This document shows positions 24,542 to 35,141 of a stretch of DNA of 64,000 bases, one piece after another. The DNA is from Wickerhamiella versatilis. Lineage: Eukaryota. The notes below the pieces were generated by a model. It was not told where the DNA came from. It did not search any database and saw nothing but the letters and a program-made list of their open reading frames with translations. The translations under genes and the position numbers were made by a program. How positions within the stretch are numbered: position 1 is the stretch's first letter; every line of letters begins with the position of its first letter. Where the stretch lies: the NCBI GenBank assembly GCA_030867685.1, contig JAQOWU010000007.1, positions 1,922,001 to 1,986,000 on the forward strand, given 5' to 3'.

Positions 24542-26389
24542 TTAGTCCCCAACTAATGCAAGGCATGTATCAACTGCTTGTCCGATACTCGTCCCTTTTT
24601 GATGTAATACATCCTGAATCACCTCGCGGTCTAGAACAGGGAACATCTGCTGTAAAGTATTGGATACAACGGTGAACTCCTTTTCCCTATTCTGCTGAGT
24701 CTGATATTCGTCCCTAGAGCTCTGCATTGCCGCCACTTCCTCAGGGCTCACCTCACCTTCGCTGCCGGAGGGTACCCCTGTATCTGGGTTCTCCGGCACT
24801 GAAAGGTCCTCGAACATGCGTTTTACACGATCAACCATTATACCAGCACTTTGAGCTATTACGGACGATGGGGGAGTGTTTGTACCCCGGGAACTGGGAG
24901 AGGAAGATTCCCCAGGTAACATCGTATTTGCCTTGCCTTCCTGGACACAGGCCTCGCTCATCTTTGCCTCAAATTCTGCATCGCTTATGGTCAAGCTTGA
25001 CTTTTCAAGCCCCTCAATAAAAGCCACAGAAGATGCGAGTGTTGATAAATAGTAAGCCGTCTCTCCCTCTCGGAATTTTTTAGACCTGAACCTCTGAATA
25101 TAGTTGATGTTAGAGACAATATGCGGCGGTTGCGCTTGAAGTACAACATAAATAAGAAGTGGCAAAAAGCTATCAGCATTTTGCTCCAGATGCGCCTGCC
25201 TGATGAGGGCCCATACCACCTTGGAGCAATTCAGAATACAAATCATTTTATCCCGGGGTGCCCTGAACTGATGTATTCTTCTGAGCTCTTTGCATGCCAG
25301 ATCTAGGAAACTAGGCACCAAATACTCCTCATTAATGTCCAAATGTCTACCCTCAACCCATTTCCAAAGCCGTAGACGTTGAGAAACTACATGGTCCCTT
25401 AGAAGTTCATCATCATGTCCCTCGCGACGAAGAATTGGAGCCATTTTAGGTGGGAATGTGCGGACATAAAGCCTGTTCATAACGAGCTTCTCTATGCCTT
25501 CATGAACATTCCGAAGCTCAGCCTTATCAAGACTTGAAAATGGCTCAAAACTTCGCATTTTAACAGTAATAAAACGCATGAAGTCCGCAACGATTTTCTC
25601 CTGTTGGTTAGGTGTCCATGCTTGTTTACAAAACTCTTGAAGGAACGACCGAATGTAGCGGGCTACAGGGTCAGCTCGCCTACTACGCATTAGACTGAGA
25701 AATTGCTGAAAGTCAAAGGGCGCGTCCATACTGGCGGTCGACTGAGGTTCACCCAGTCGCTGCATTTCCGCAATGCTACTTCGCCTTAGTTGGCCATCGT
25801 GTGTGGCAGCATCCAGCTTAGCCATGTCTAGTTTGCTATCATCTTTGGAAGGAGTATCAGTTTTACTGTCCTGCGCATTGGCGCTGTTAAGCGCACCATT
25901 TCCCTGTTCATTCTTATCAGTCTCCTGTGCGTTGACTTCTGGAATTAGATCACTTTCTCTGGATCTCTCCTCTAGAGACTCGTGTTGTACATTTTCGATG
26001 CTATTATCATTTTTCAAGTCAATATATGATGTCTTAGGTTCGGAGGGTGTATTCCGGGGAGAAGAAGAAGGGCTAACATGCTCGGCATCATCATCAGCAA
26101 GTTGTGAATTCATCTCCGGTTTAGACTCCTCCCCAGCATGATCTGAAGCGAAATTTTTGGTATTTTCATCAATCGCACTTTGTGATCTTTGAACGAGACC
26201 ATCGGCACTACCATCATCCTTGTTTTCTTCTGTGGACCCACTTTCCTCAGCCAGTGGGGGAGTAGGCTCTAACGAAGAAGTCCTTTGCATTGAAGGTGCC
26301 TTCAGTTGTGCATCTGAAGAAGTTACTTGAGCCTGGGCAGAGTCAAGGCTAATAACTGGGGCAGCTGGCTTGGGGTGAAGCCAGTCCAT
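24542..26389 (-). CDS. VPS9: Rab5 GEF with VPS9 and CUE domains
   Basis: PFDFQQFL, EGIEKLVMNRLY, APRDKMICILNC, ADSFLPLLIYV and GETAYY; C-terminal CUE (LQQMFPVLDREVI). Start codon uncertain. Confidence 0.93.
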   Translation of the reverse strand: MDWLHPKPAAPVISLDSAQAQVTSSDAQLKAPSMQRTSSLEPTPPLAEESGSTEENKDDGSADGLVQRSQSAIDENTKNFASDHAGEESKPEMNSQLADDDAEHVSPSSSPRNTPSEPKTSYIDLKNDNSIENVQHESLEERSRESDLIPEVNAQETDKNEQGNGALNSANAQDSKTDTPSKDDSKLDMAKLDAATHDGQLRRSSIAEMQRLGEPQSTASMDAPFDFQQFLSLMRSRRADPVARYIRSFLQEFCKQAWTPNQQEKIVADFMRFITVKMRSFEPFSSLDKAELRNVHEGIEKLVMNRLYVRTFPPKMAPILRREGHDDELLRDHVVSQRLRLWKWVEGRHLDINEEYLVPSFLDLACKELRRIHQFRAPRDKMICILNCSKVVWALIRQAHLEQNADSFLPLLIYVVLQAQPPHIVSNINYIQRFRSKKFREGETAYYLSTLASSVAFIEGLEKSSLTISDAEFEAKMSEACVQEGKANTMLPGESSSPSSRGTNTPPSSVIAQSAGIMVDRVKRMFEDLSVPENPDTGVPSGSEGEVSPEEVAAMQSSRDEYQTQQNREKEFTVVSNTLQQMFPVLDREVIQDVLHQKGTSIGQAVDTCLALVGD

Positions 26390-26418
26390 TATATAATTAT
26401 ATAAGCAGTGAAATCCTT

Positions 26419-27750
26419 ATGTGTGGAATACTAGCGTACACGCATGGGATAGCAGGGGTGGAAATAGCAAGAGCAGACATCCAGAGAAGAGGGCCTAATC
26501 ATTATGACTACGTAGACTTGCAAGGGTTCGTTGTAGAAGCTGCTGTCTTGGCTCTTAGAAATCCTTTTACGAAACAGCCGATAAAAGAAGGTGGGAACAT
26601 TGTCGCGTTCAATGGCCAAATTTATGATCATGTTGGAGCCAATGAGAATGATGCAAGCTGGTTTGCTAAAAGATGCACCAATTTGCCAAAGCTTCTATCT
26701 GAAGTTGACGGAGAGTTCGCTTTTGTCTGTGTGGACAAGGATGGTATTGTGTGGTTTGGACGGGACCATATTGGTAGACGTTCCCTTGTTTACAGATGTG
26801 AGGGTGAAAAAATAATTATTGCATCACTTGCGCCAGATTGTCAGGAATGTGAGGCAGGTGTACTTTATTCATGGCATCCGTCGTTCGGTCTTCGGAAGAC
26901 CAAAATCGATTTTCAGTATCCCTCAACCGATCTACAATTGATAGATGCCCTCCGAGGTGCTATTGAAAAGCGCTGCATTTTACCTAGTGACCTTGATAAA
27001 GTTGCCGTTTTATTCAGTGGTGGACTGGACTGTACACTCATAGCCTATTTACTTTGCTGCATTTTACCTGAAACTATTTCCATTCATCTTGTAAATGTAG
27101 CGTTTGAAAATCGGCGAGCGGGCTCGCTTTACGTCACCCCTGACCGGCTGCTTGGACAACGTTCTCTGAATGAACTCACTCAATTATTTCCAAATCGTAA
27201 GTTAATACTTGATGAGGTTAACGTGCCATACGAGGAGGCCACAAACGCTAGACCGCTGGTTCGCCATCTGATCGACCCGGCAGCCACAGTTATGGACCTC
27301 GACATTGCATTGGCATTTTATTTTGCGGCCGCTGCCCCGACCACTGGTCCAATTCTTTTTTCAGGTTTAGGTGCTGATGAGCTCTTTGGTGGTTATTCCC
27401 GTCACCTCAGGGCCGCACGCCAAGATAGGCTGGTCCAAGAACTAGACATGGATTTTAGTCGCTTGGGTTCTAGAAATCTCGGAAGGGATGATCGCGTGTG
27501 CTGTAATGACGGAAAAGAGGTGAGATATCCTTACCTGGATGCTGAGGTTGTTTCTGTTGCACGGAACTTACCTCCAGAGAAAAAATGTGATGGACAGGAG
27601 ACAAAAATTGCACTTCGGGAAGTGGGCAAATCGCTTGGCTTGAAAGCTGTAATTAGCGAAAAAAAACGAGCCATTCAGTTTGGCTCCAGGTCAGCTAAAA
27701 TGGATCCTGGTTCAGGAAGAGCTAAAGGAAATGATGCATTAAACGCATAG
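26419..27750 (+). CDS. Asparagine-synthetase-domain protein (ASNSD1/YML096W-like)
   Basis: MCGI N-terminus, RGP, FNGQIY, GRDHIGRRSL, LFSGGLDC, GLGADELFGGY and RNLGRDDR. Confidence 0.92.
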   Translation: MCGILAYTHGIAGVEIARADIQRRGPNHYDYVDLQGFVVEAAVLALRNPFTKQPIKEGGNIVAFNGQIYDHVGANENDASWFAKRCTNLPKLLSEVDGEFAFVCVDKDGIVWFGRDHIGRRSLVYRCEGEKIIIASLAPDCQECEAGVLYSWHPSFGLRKTKIDFQYPSTDLQLIDALRGAIEKRCILPSDLDKVAVLFSGGLDCTLIAYLLCCILPETISIHLVNVAFENRRAGSLYVTPDRLLGQRSLNELTQLFPNRKLILDEVNVPYEEATNARPLVRHLIDPAATVMDLDIALAFYFAAAAPTTGPILFSGLGADELFGGYSRHLRAARQDRLVQELDMDFSRLGSRNLGRDDRVCCNDGKEVRYPYLDAEVVSVARNLPPEKKCDGQETKIALREVGKSLGLKAVISEKKRAIQFGSRSAKMDPGSGRAKGNDALNA

Positions 27751-27913
27751 AATACCATTAATTATGAATTATAGATTTCCGGTATATTTAGCATAAGCAA
27801 TTATTGACAGTATCGGCAGAATAATACTTGATAGTGTTGACGTATCTCCTACATGCAGCTTGCTGCGTAATCCAAGTGACGCGATTAAACTTCCGTTACC
27901 TTGACAGTGCTGC

Positions 27914-28432
27914 ATGCGTCCCACAACCAGAAGACGAGTATCACTCTTATTGGCCATTACTGTCACACTTGGCTTGTTTTGGCAATTTTTTGGGTCTAGG
28001 GAAGCTCCTCCTCTGGATTTGAACGATCTTCCCAGAACACCCCCCTCGCCAGAGAAGTTGGCAAATATTGTAGAAGCCTATAGTGCCGAAAAGGATTTCC
28101 AGAACATTATTGGCATTTCACCAGTTGTCATATTCTCGAAATCTTACTGTCCACATTCAAAGAAGGCTAAGCATATCCTTCTTGACCTCTACGATATAAA
28201 GCCTGAGCCTCACGTCGTGGAAATCGACTTGCATGAGCATGGCCCTGAATTGCAGGCCTATATTGGTGAGCAAACGTCTCGGCGCACTGTACCCAATGTA
28301 CTAGTATCGAAAACATCTAGAGGAGGTGGCCAAGAGATGCAGGACCTGCACGAAAATGGAGTGTTGATATCTCGGTTCGAGGAATGGGGTCCTTCGAATT
28401 TGCATGTCAAGGCTAAGCTTTCCCCTGAGTAG
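27914..28432 (+). CDS. Membrane-anchored monothiol glutaredoxin (Grx6/7-like)
   Basis: N-terminal TM helix; IFSKSYCPHSKKAK, RRTVPNV and GGG motifs. Confidence 0.9.
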   Translation: MRPTTRRRVSLLLAITVTLGLFWQFFGSREAPPLDLNDLPRTPPSPEKLANIVEAYSAEKDFQNIIGISPVVIFSKSYCPHSKKAKHILLDLYDIKPEPHVVEIDLHEHGPELQAYIGEQTSRRTVPNVLVSKTSRGGGQEMQDLHENGVLISRFEEWGPSNLHVKAKLSPE

Positions 28433-29675
28433 AACGAATAATACCAGGGAAAGGTTCTCTGTTGCTGAGTACTACAATTTCCTGGTCAAAGACAATATAA
28501 CCTTTTATATAGTTCTCAGATATGAGCTTCGCGAGTAGAGATGAAGAGTCTGTTTTTTCTTTATGTGAAAGAATTGAAAGACCAATGTTTACTTTGCCGA
28601 TAGGGAGCCGTTCAATGCGCCCTAATGCCAAGTATATCCGGGCAATTGAATGAGCAAAGCATATCCGTTTCAGGGAAGCGATAGCAAGATATATTCTTCC
28701 TCTAGCAATAGTTTTCTCTGATTTCATTAGTTCCGTCTCAAACTCAGCTATTTGTCCACGCCAAACAGCATCAAAGATACTTTTGTAAATTCGGGCGAGG
28801 TGGGGATACATTTTCCACAATTTGCCAGAGGGAAATTCTCCCCTGCACAAGGTACACACGGGTAAATAATAAAACAATACATGTTCTTGTAGCCTTGGAA
28901 CATCATAGTCGCTCACTATCTGCCATGCACGTTCAAGATTTTTCAATGCAGAGGCGTATTTACACTCAGCAGTGGCAAACTGCCCTTTGTAAAATAGAAT
29001 GGCTGCCTGAACTTTGGGACTACTTAAAGATAATTGCGGGAAGCGTGAAGCCTCTGTCTTATCAACAAAGAGAAGTAAACTCTTTGCAACAGTATACGCT
29101 CTCAATCGGACTAGCGCACGAAATTGAATCAGAAGTAAAGGGTATATAGCCACACTTAAAGGGTTATCCTGTGAATTCTCATCACGAAGTAAATCCATGA
29201 AGGTTCTAGATGCCATTTCTTTCACCTTGTGAAGATCAGCAGAGGTTTGAGCCTTAGATAGAGCATCATTCATTACAGATACGGCAGCCATGAGAAGCTG
29301 TGGCTTGTCTCGTGCTAATGACAAAAAACTCTCCAAATAGTCCATGATGGAATCAAACGATGGTGTTGAGGCCGTGACAGCTACTAAGTACTTCTGTACA
29401 GGCTGCCACCAATTTGCAGGCAAACGGGCCATGGCGGACTGAAGAGTCTGTGCATCTGTCAGAGGAGCATCTGTCAACAATTTCCACCGAAGTCTAAAAA
29501 CCCTATCAGCATTAGCAGGCCATCTTGGGTTCGTAACGGCTTCCACTATCGTCTCGAGTGCGGCCTCCATCAAATGACCATTTGTCAGATTGCGCACAGG
29601 ACCGGCTTCAAGTTTATAGGCAGCGCCATATGCGAGTTGGTCGTCTTTAAATAGATACATATATATATACAGCAT
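28413..29675 (-). CDS. PCI-domain protein (Csn12/Thp1/PCID2-like)
   Basis: FYKGQF..A...LERAW, LAKLISENYIKGYI and IVVLSNREPFP C-terminus. Start uncertain. Confidence 0.78.
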   Translation of the reverse strand: MLYIYMYLFKDDQLAYGAAYKLEAGPVRNLTNGHLMEAALETIVEAVTNPRWPANADRVFRLRWKLLTDAPLTDAQTLQSAMARLPANWWQPVQKYLVAVTASTPSFDSIMDYLESFLSLARDKPQLLMAAVSVMNDALSKAQTSADLHKVKEMASRTFMDLLRDENSQDNPLSVAIYPLLLIQFRALVRLRAYTVAKSLLLFVDKTEASRFPQLSLSSPKVQAAILFYKGQFATAECKYASALKNLERAWQIVSDYDVPRLQEHVLFYYLPVCTLCRGEFPSGKLWKMYPHLARIYKSIFDAVWRGQIAEFETELMKSEKTIARGRIYLAIASLKRICFAHSIARIYLALGRIERLPIGKVNIGLSILSHKEKTDSSSLLAKLISENYIKGYIVFDQEIVVLSNREPFPGIIRSTQGKA

Positions 29676-29896
29676 AATTTGGAAGTTAAAAAAACAGTTT
29701 ATAGATTTTTTTGCGACTATTCACCACGCTATTATGTATGGTAAAACTTTGAAGTCACACGGCCTTGGAGGGATTGAGATACACTATCCATATAGATCAA
29801 TGGGTCTTTGGACCGACCCATATCATAATATATTTGCACAATAGATAGCATTAGATTATTCATTACTATGCAAACGTCTCATAGATTGCACACCAC

Positions 29897-29908
29897 CGCG
29901 CGTCGCGT
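29897..29908. promoter_or_regulatory. Tandem MCB-like elements (CGCGCGTCGCGT) upstream of MCM6
   Basis: The reverse complement ACGCGACGCG matches the element upstream of POL30. MBF sites are typical of G1/S replication genes. Confidence 0.65.
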
Positions 29909-29975
29909 TCATTAGCTAATGACCCAAGTCAATTAGGGGCAGGGGTTACTAGGAGAAGGTCACCGTTACACTTCT

Positions 29976-32906
29976 ATGTCGCAAAACATGGGCTCGCAGG
30001 ACGAGAGCATGGACGTGGACATGCCGTCATCCTCGCCACACGCCTCTGCTCCTGCGGACAGTAATATGGATATTGGGAGTGACCTTAATCTACCCAGCAG
30101 CGACATGCCGTCAACAAGCGGCGCTCCTCAATCTTCAACAATGCCACCATCTTCTCCACCACCGTCCTCTTCGATGCCTCAGGATGGCCTAGGAAGTCAA
30201 AGCCAGGAGGTCGATCAGGGAGGTGAGGATATGGAGACCTGGACCGAGCGTGGGCGAGCCCCAGAAAGTGAGCTTCGTAGAATTGCACAAAGGCAGATTG
30301 AAGGTGTGCCAAAGGTTGGAGATGCAGTAGGAGAGAAAGTTCGTGAACGATTTGAATTATTTTTACAAAATTTCACGATCCAGGACCCCGAGCGTGGAGT
30401 TATGCGATACTATATTGAGCAAATACACGGAATGGCTAGACTTCGGCTTAAGACCCTCTTTGTGGATTGGGCCCACATTGAATCTGTTGAAGAAGGCCCC
30501 GATTTAGCTATGGCTATAAGATTACAGTATTTCCGCTTTTTACCGTTCCTTTCAAGTGCACTGCATCATCTGATTCGACGATACGAGCCTAATCTTTTAT
30601 ACAACTCAAACCCTGCTGATGATAATTCGAATGTACCTAGTGGCTCTTCTACCACAAGCTCACGGTCAGGTCAAGACGAAGACCTTTTTTTCCAGGTTTC
30701 GTTCTACGGTATGCCAACAATCAGCCGCATCAGAGAACTTCGCACTGATAAAATTGGACAGCTTACCACGGTTACGGGTACAGTAACACGCACATCAGAA
30801 ATCCGACCAGAGCTTTACAAGGCAACTTTTACCTGCGATGCATGTGGCACTGTGGTCTCGGGTGTGGCCCAAACCTTCAAGTTTACTGAACCATTTATAT
30901 GTCCTAATCCTACATGTCAGAACCGGGTTGCCTGGACGTTGGTTCCTGAGAAGTCTTCGTTTGTTGACTGGCAACGTGTGAGAGTACAGGAGAACCCTGG
31001 TGAGATCCCTACTGGGTCTATGCCGCGAACATTAGATATTATTCTTCGTGGTGAAATCGTCGACCGTGCTAAAGCTGGTGATAAGTGCCTATTCACAGGA
31101 ACGCCTATTGTGATACCAGATGTTTCTCAATTGGGTTTGCCAGGCGTTAAGCCTATGGCTTTCAAGGACCGAAGGGAACAAGGTCGTGGCGTTGATAGTG
31201 GTGTCACTGGTCTCAAAGCCTTAGGTGTGAGAGATCTGACTTACAAAATTGCGTTTACAGCGTGTATGGTGAGGGAGTCAAAAGCGGACGTCCGTGATAC
31301 TGTCGAAGCCGACAGTGTAAATGGTCAACGATACTCCGTGAAAGATGCCCAAGAAACATTCTTGCAGACCCTGAGTCAAGCTGAAGTGGAGGAACTGAGA
31401 GAAATGATGTACACGGACCATCTGTACGCAAAGCTCATACAGTCCGTGGCGCCTACTGTGTGGGGGCATGAGATCGTGAAGAAGGGTATCCTACTGCAAT
31501 TGTTGGGCGGTGTCCATAAGTCTACACGGGATGGAATCAAACTTCGGGGAGACATTAACGTTTGTATTGTCGGCGATCCATCGACGTCAAAATCGCAATT
31601 TCTGAAATACGTGTGTGGTTTCCTTCCGAGATCTATCTATACTTCTGGTAAAGCTTCAAGTGCTGCAGGTCTTACTGCTGCAGTGGTTCGTGATGAGGAA
31701 GCAGGCGACTTTACAATTGAGGCTGGTGCGCTAATGCTTGCTGATAATGGTATTTGCGCAATTGATGAGTTTGATAAGATGGACTTGCGTGATCAGGTTG
31801 CTATCCACGAAGCTATGGAGCAGCAAACAATCTCCATCGCGAAGGCTGGTATTCATGCATCATTGAACGCACGTACTGCCATTCTGGCAGCAGCAAACCC
31901 TGTTGGGGGTCGTTATAACCGCCGCCAGAGCCTCCGGGCAAATGTTCAAATGAGTGCACCTATTATGTCTCGATTTGATCTCTTTTTTGTTGTACTTGAT
32001 GATTGTAATGAGACAGCTGATACCCGTCTCGCAGAGCACATTGTTGACTTGCATATGGATCAGGATGAAGCCATTGAAGCGCCATACACAACTTCACAAC
32101 TTCTAAGATTCATCCAATTTGCACGAACTTTCCAACCTGAACTTAGTGAAGAGGCAAAAGAGATGATAGTCGAAAAGTACCGTGATCTGCGGCAAAATGA
32201 TGTTGGAGGTGGTCGTGCGGCCTATCGTATCACAGTTCGCCAGCTCGAGTCTATGATTCGACTGTCAGAGGCTGTTGCACGAGCCCATTGCCAGGAATGG
32301 GTAACCCCTGATCATGTGCGTGAAGCTTATAATCTTCTGCGACAGTCAATCGTACGTGTGGATCATGAGGATGTGGAGATGGAAGACGACGCTGAGGAGG
32401 GTGAAGGGGTCACCCAGCCACTTACCCAAGCTGCCTACATTTCTCGTGAAGGCCAAGGCGATAGCTTGGGTGACCATCTGCAAAGGCGAGCTGGACGATC
32501 ATCTGAAACTGGAGGTCGGCGGCGTAACCGTGTAGTAGATGATGAGGATGAATACTCCGCACGTCCAAAGACTCGAATCACTTATGAAAAATATATGGAT
32601 GTTATGAGGCGCCTCCTTGAAATTGTTGCTGATGCAGATAATAATGAAGTTTCCGATGGTATCCCTCAAGAAGAAGGCATTACTGGTGATGAGCTGGTAA
32701 GGCGATATCTGGAGTCGGAAGAAGAGAATATTAATAGCGAGGAACAGTTGAGGTCTGAGGAGCTGCTCGTGCGAAAAGTAATCAAGCGTCTAGTCAAGGA
32801 CCATGTTTTGCTAGAACTCCGAGGTACAGGATTGGAAGGGCAAGCCGAAGAAACTGTGCCCTCGTATGTCGTTCACCCCCATGCCATGGAGTCTCTACAA
32901 GAGTGA
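29976..32906 (+). CDS. MCM6: Replicative helicase subunit Mcm6
   Basis: VTRTSEIRPEL, IPTGSMPRTLD, GDPSTSKSQFL, IDEFDKM, SRFD and LKALGVRDLTY (Mcm6-specific). Confidence 0.97.
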   Translation: MSQNMGSQDESMDVDMPSSSPHASAPADSNMDIGSDLNLPSSDMPSTSGAPQSSTMPPSSPPPSSSMPQDGLGSQSQEVDQGGEDMETWTERGRAPESELRRIAQRQIEGVPKVGDAVGEKVRERFELFLQNFTIQDPERGVMRYYIEQIHGMARLRLKTLFVDWAHIESVEEGPDLAMAIRLQYFRFLPFLSSALHHLIRRYEPNLLYNSNPADDNSNVPSGSSTTSSRSGQDEDLFFQVSFYGMPTISRIRELRTDKIGQLTTVTGTVTRTSEIRPELYKATFTCDACGTVVSGVAQTFKFTEPFICPNPTCQNRVAWTLVPEKSSFVDWQRVRVQENPGEIPTGSMPRTLDIILRGEIVDRAKAGDKCLFTGTPIVIPDVSQLGLPGVKPMAFKDRREQGRGVDSGVTGLKALGVRDLTYKIAFTACMVRESKADVRDTVEADSVNGQRYSVKDAQETFLQTLSQAEVEELREMMYTDHLYAKLIQSVAPTVWGHEIVKKGILLQLLGGVHKSTRDGIKLRGDINVCIVGDPSTSKSQFLKYVCGFLPRSIYTSGKASSAAGLTAAVVRDEEAGDFTIEAGALMLADNGICAIDEFDKMDLRDQVAIHEAMEQQTISIAKAGIHASLNARTAILAAANPVGGRYNRRQSLRANVQMSAPIMSRFDLFFVVLDDCNETADTRLAEHIVDLHMDQDEAIEAPYTTSQLLRFIQFARTFQPELSEEAKEMIVEKYRDLRQNDVGGGRAAYRITVRQLESMIRLSEAVARAHCQEWVTPDHVREAYNLLRQSIVRVDHEDVEMEDDAEEGEGVTQPLTQAAYISREGQGDSLGDHLQRRAGRSSETGGRRRNRVVDDEDEYSARPKTRITYEKYMDVMRRLLEIVADADNNEVSDGIPQEEGITGDELVRRYLESEEENINSEEQLRSEELLVRKVIKRLVKDHVLLELRGTGLEGQAEETVPSYVVHPHAMESLQE

Positions 32907-33077
32907 TTTGTCTCTTTAATTTATGAATAGTTGTAGTAATATATATAAAGTTAGAAAGTGTACGAAATTAATTTTTTGACCTAATTAATTCTATCCCGAT
33001 CGCTCGAGGTGGTTGTGACCAACAGGACACAAACCAATTCTTACCCCTACCCTTAATTACTCCTTTGGCTTTGTCAG

Positions 33078-33088
33078 ACGCGACGCGT
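33078..33088 (+). promoter_or_regulatory. Double MCB element (ACGCGACGCGT) upstream of PCNA
   Basis: Contains a perfect ACGCGT about 36 bp before the POL30 ATG. Confidence 0.72.
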
Positions 33089-33123
33089 ATATTCCCACCG
33101 CACAACGACAGTCACATACAAAC

Positions 33124-33903
33124 ATGTTCGAGGCAAAGATGGAACAGGCTGGAGGCCTGAAAAGGATCATCGAATCTATTCGCGATATGCTGGGTGAGTG
33201 CAACTTTGACTGTTCTGACGCAGGGATGGCTCTCCAGAGTCTGGACAAGTCACATATTGTTCTTGTGAGCATGACTCTGGGAAGTGACGCCTTCTCTGAG
33301 TACCGCTGTGATCGTGCGGTTACTTTGGGTCTTAATATTAACAGTTTGTCCACGGTTCTTCGATGTGCCAGTAACGACGATGTTCTATCTCTGCATTCAG
33401 AGGATCAGCCCAATGAAATAACCCTCACTTTCGAAGATTCAAAGCAAGATAGAATTTCTGAGTTCAAGCTTCGTCTCATGGACATTGATCAGGAATACCT
33501 TAGCATCCCTGACACCGCCTACACCGCATCCATCACGATGCCTAGTGCTGACTTGCAGCGCATCCTTCGTGACCTTCGTAATATCAGCGAAGCTGTGCGT
33601 ATCACAGCAAACAAGGAGGGTGTTCGCTTCAGCGCAGAGGGTGACATGGGTTCAGGCTCTGTCCACCTAAGACCGTATACTGATGTTGAGAACGAAGACA
33701 ACTCAGTATCTATAAACATTGCAGACCCAGTTCAGCTCTCCTTCAATTTGCAATATTTCACTAATATCACAAAGGCAAGCGCACTGTCTCCTACTGTCAC
33801 GCTGCAGCTTGCTGCTGACACCCCAGCTGCTATTGAATACAAACTTCCTTCAGGCCACGTACGGTACTATTTCGCACCAAAGATTGATGATGAGGGTGAG
33901 TAA
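33124..33903 (+). CDS. POL30: PCNA sliding clamp
   Basis: MFEAK, YRCDR, LRLMDID and YYFAPKI; K164-equivalent retained (TANKEG). Confidence 0.98.
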   Translation: MFEAKMEQAGGLKRIIESIRDMLGECNFDCSDAGMALQSLDKSHIVLVSMTLGSDAFSEYRCDRAVTLGLNINSLSTVLRCASNDDVLSLHSEDQPNEITLTFEDSKQDRISEFKLRLMDIDQEYLSIPDTAYTASITMPSADLQRILRDLRNISEAVRITANKEGVRFSAEGDMGSGSVHLRPYTDVENEDNSVSINIADPVQLSFNLQYFTNITKASALSPTVTLQLAADTPAAIEYKLPSGHVRYYFAPKIDDEGE

Positions 33904-34040
33904 TTATTTCAAAAAAAGGGAATATAAATTCGGACACAGCTTTCTTTTAGAATTTTAGCGACAGGTCGCTGGCAGTGTTCGTAGTTTATCGCTTAGTCAT
34001 AGTGTAGGGTAATCCAGCGTTGATTGTAAACAAAGTTGCA

Positions 34041-35141
34041 ATGACCATGGATCGGCACCGTGCGGAGCATTCAGTGCACGCTGCTCGAACATTGGCTCAA
34101 GAGGCTCGAGCAGCCACAAGTACGCGGACCGAAAGAGCCCTGGAAATCGTACGGGCCCTGGGACGTGAACCGAGTGCGAAACACATTGATGGACAAAGGC
34201 GACTAGCTGAATTGAAAGCCCCTCCACCACGTAAATCAATTGGTGCACATACGGCTGCTCGTGCTGCCAACTGGGCGGCTCGAAAATCCACGTCTATTGA
34301 AAGAAATGAGGCCAGAGAGCAGGTGGTATCGCCTATCAAGGCTAAGCGACCTGTTTTGAGTCCTCTTAAACAACTGCCGCCTAAACCAGATGGTGCCGTG
34401 GCCCGAAAGGTGCCTGCGTCCCCAAAAAGAATTGTTGCGCCGCAGTCGAAGCCAAATGCGTTTAAGCAGCAATCTGAGCTCCAAATACCTAGAAAGAGAC
34501 CAGCAGCAAGTACAATTCGAACAAAAGGGCAACAGAAGCATTCTGTATCACCACTTGCATTGCGCCATCCAAAGCTTCCTCGACAAGGACCTTCAAAAGC
34601 TCAGCAAACACAAAAACATGAGCAACAGCGGCTACAGCAACAACAACAGCAGCAGCAGCAACAACAACAACAACAACAGCAGCAGCAGCAATCATCAAGG
34701 GTCCCTAAGCCTACGCCCATAAGTGTTCGTCCTTCGATTATGAAACAAGGTCCTGTTGATATACCTGCATCGTCTGCCCCAGTTGCAGCAAGTACACCAC
34801 CCCAACAGTCGAAGCATCCTCAGATTAAAGCTTTGAATCCAATGTTGAATCCACCGCCAGCAATACATATATCCACTCCTATAAACCATCTTAATGGCGA
34901 TATCAGTCAAAGAAATCGTCAATCAATTGAAAATCCTGCCACACCGACGTTGCCAGAGATCTCACAGGATGATTTGTCGGCACTCACAGATTGGGCTCGA
35001 ACTCCACGTCTCCGAGAGCTGATTATAGCCCAGAGTGATGTGGATGCGAATGCCCTGTTTGGTCCCATGCCGCCTATCGACCTCGACCGTATCTTTGGCA
35101 AAACTCGTGGCAAGGTCTCTGAACAATCCAACAAGAGGTAG
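34041..35141 (+). CDS. SLI15: INCENP/Sli15-like chromosomal passenger subunit
   Basis: C-terminal IN-box LPEI...DWARTPRLRELIIAQSDVDANALFGPMPPIDLDRIF; basic disordered middle region. Confidence 0.8.
   Translation: MTMDRHRAEHSVHAARTLAQEARAATSTRTERALEIVRALGREPSAKHIDGQRRLAELKAPPPRKSIGAHTAARAANWAARKSTSIERNEAREQVVSPIKAKRPVLSPLKQLPPKPDGAVARKVPASPKRIVAPQSKPNAFKQQSELQIPRKRPAASTIRTKGQQKHSVSPLALRHPKLPRQGPSKAQQTQKHEQQRLQQQQQQQQQQQQQQQQQQQSSRVPKPTPISVRPSIMKQGPVDIPASSAPVAASTPPQQSKHPQIKALNPMLNPPPAIHISTPINHLNGDISQRNRQSIENPATPTLPEISQDDLSALTDWARTPRLRELIIAQSDVDANALFGPMPPIDLDRIFGKTRGKVSEQSNKR
34635..34691 (+). repeat. CAG/CAA polyglutamine microsatellite (19 Gln)
   Basis: Read directly from the sequence. Confidence 0.95.

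Noticed and set aside
33124..33903. Alternative CUG decoding
   Set aside because: CTG codons fall at hydrophobic/Leu positions in PCNA (GLKR, QSLD), consistent with the standard code.
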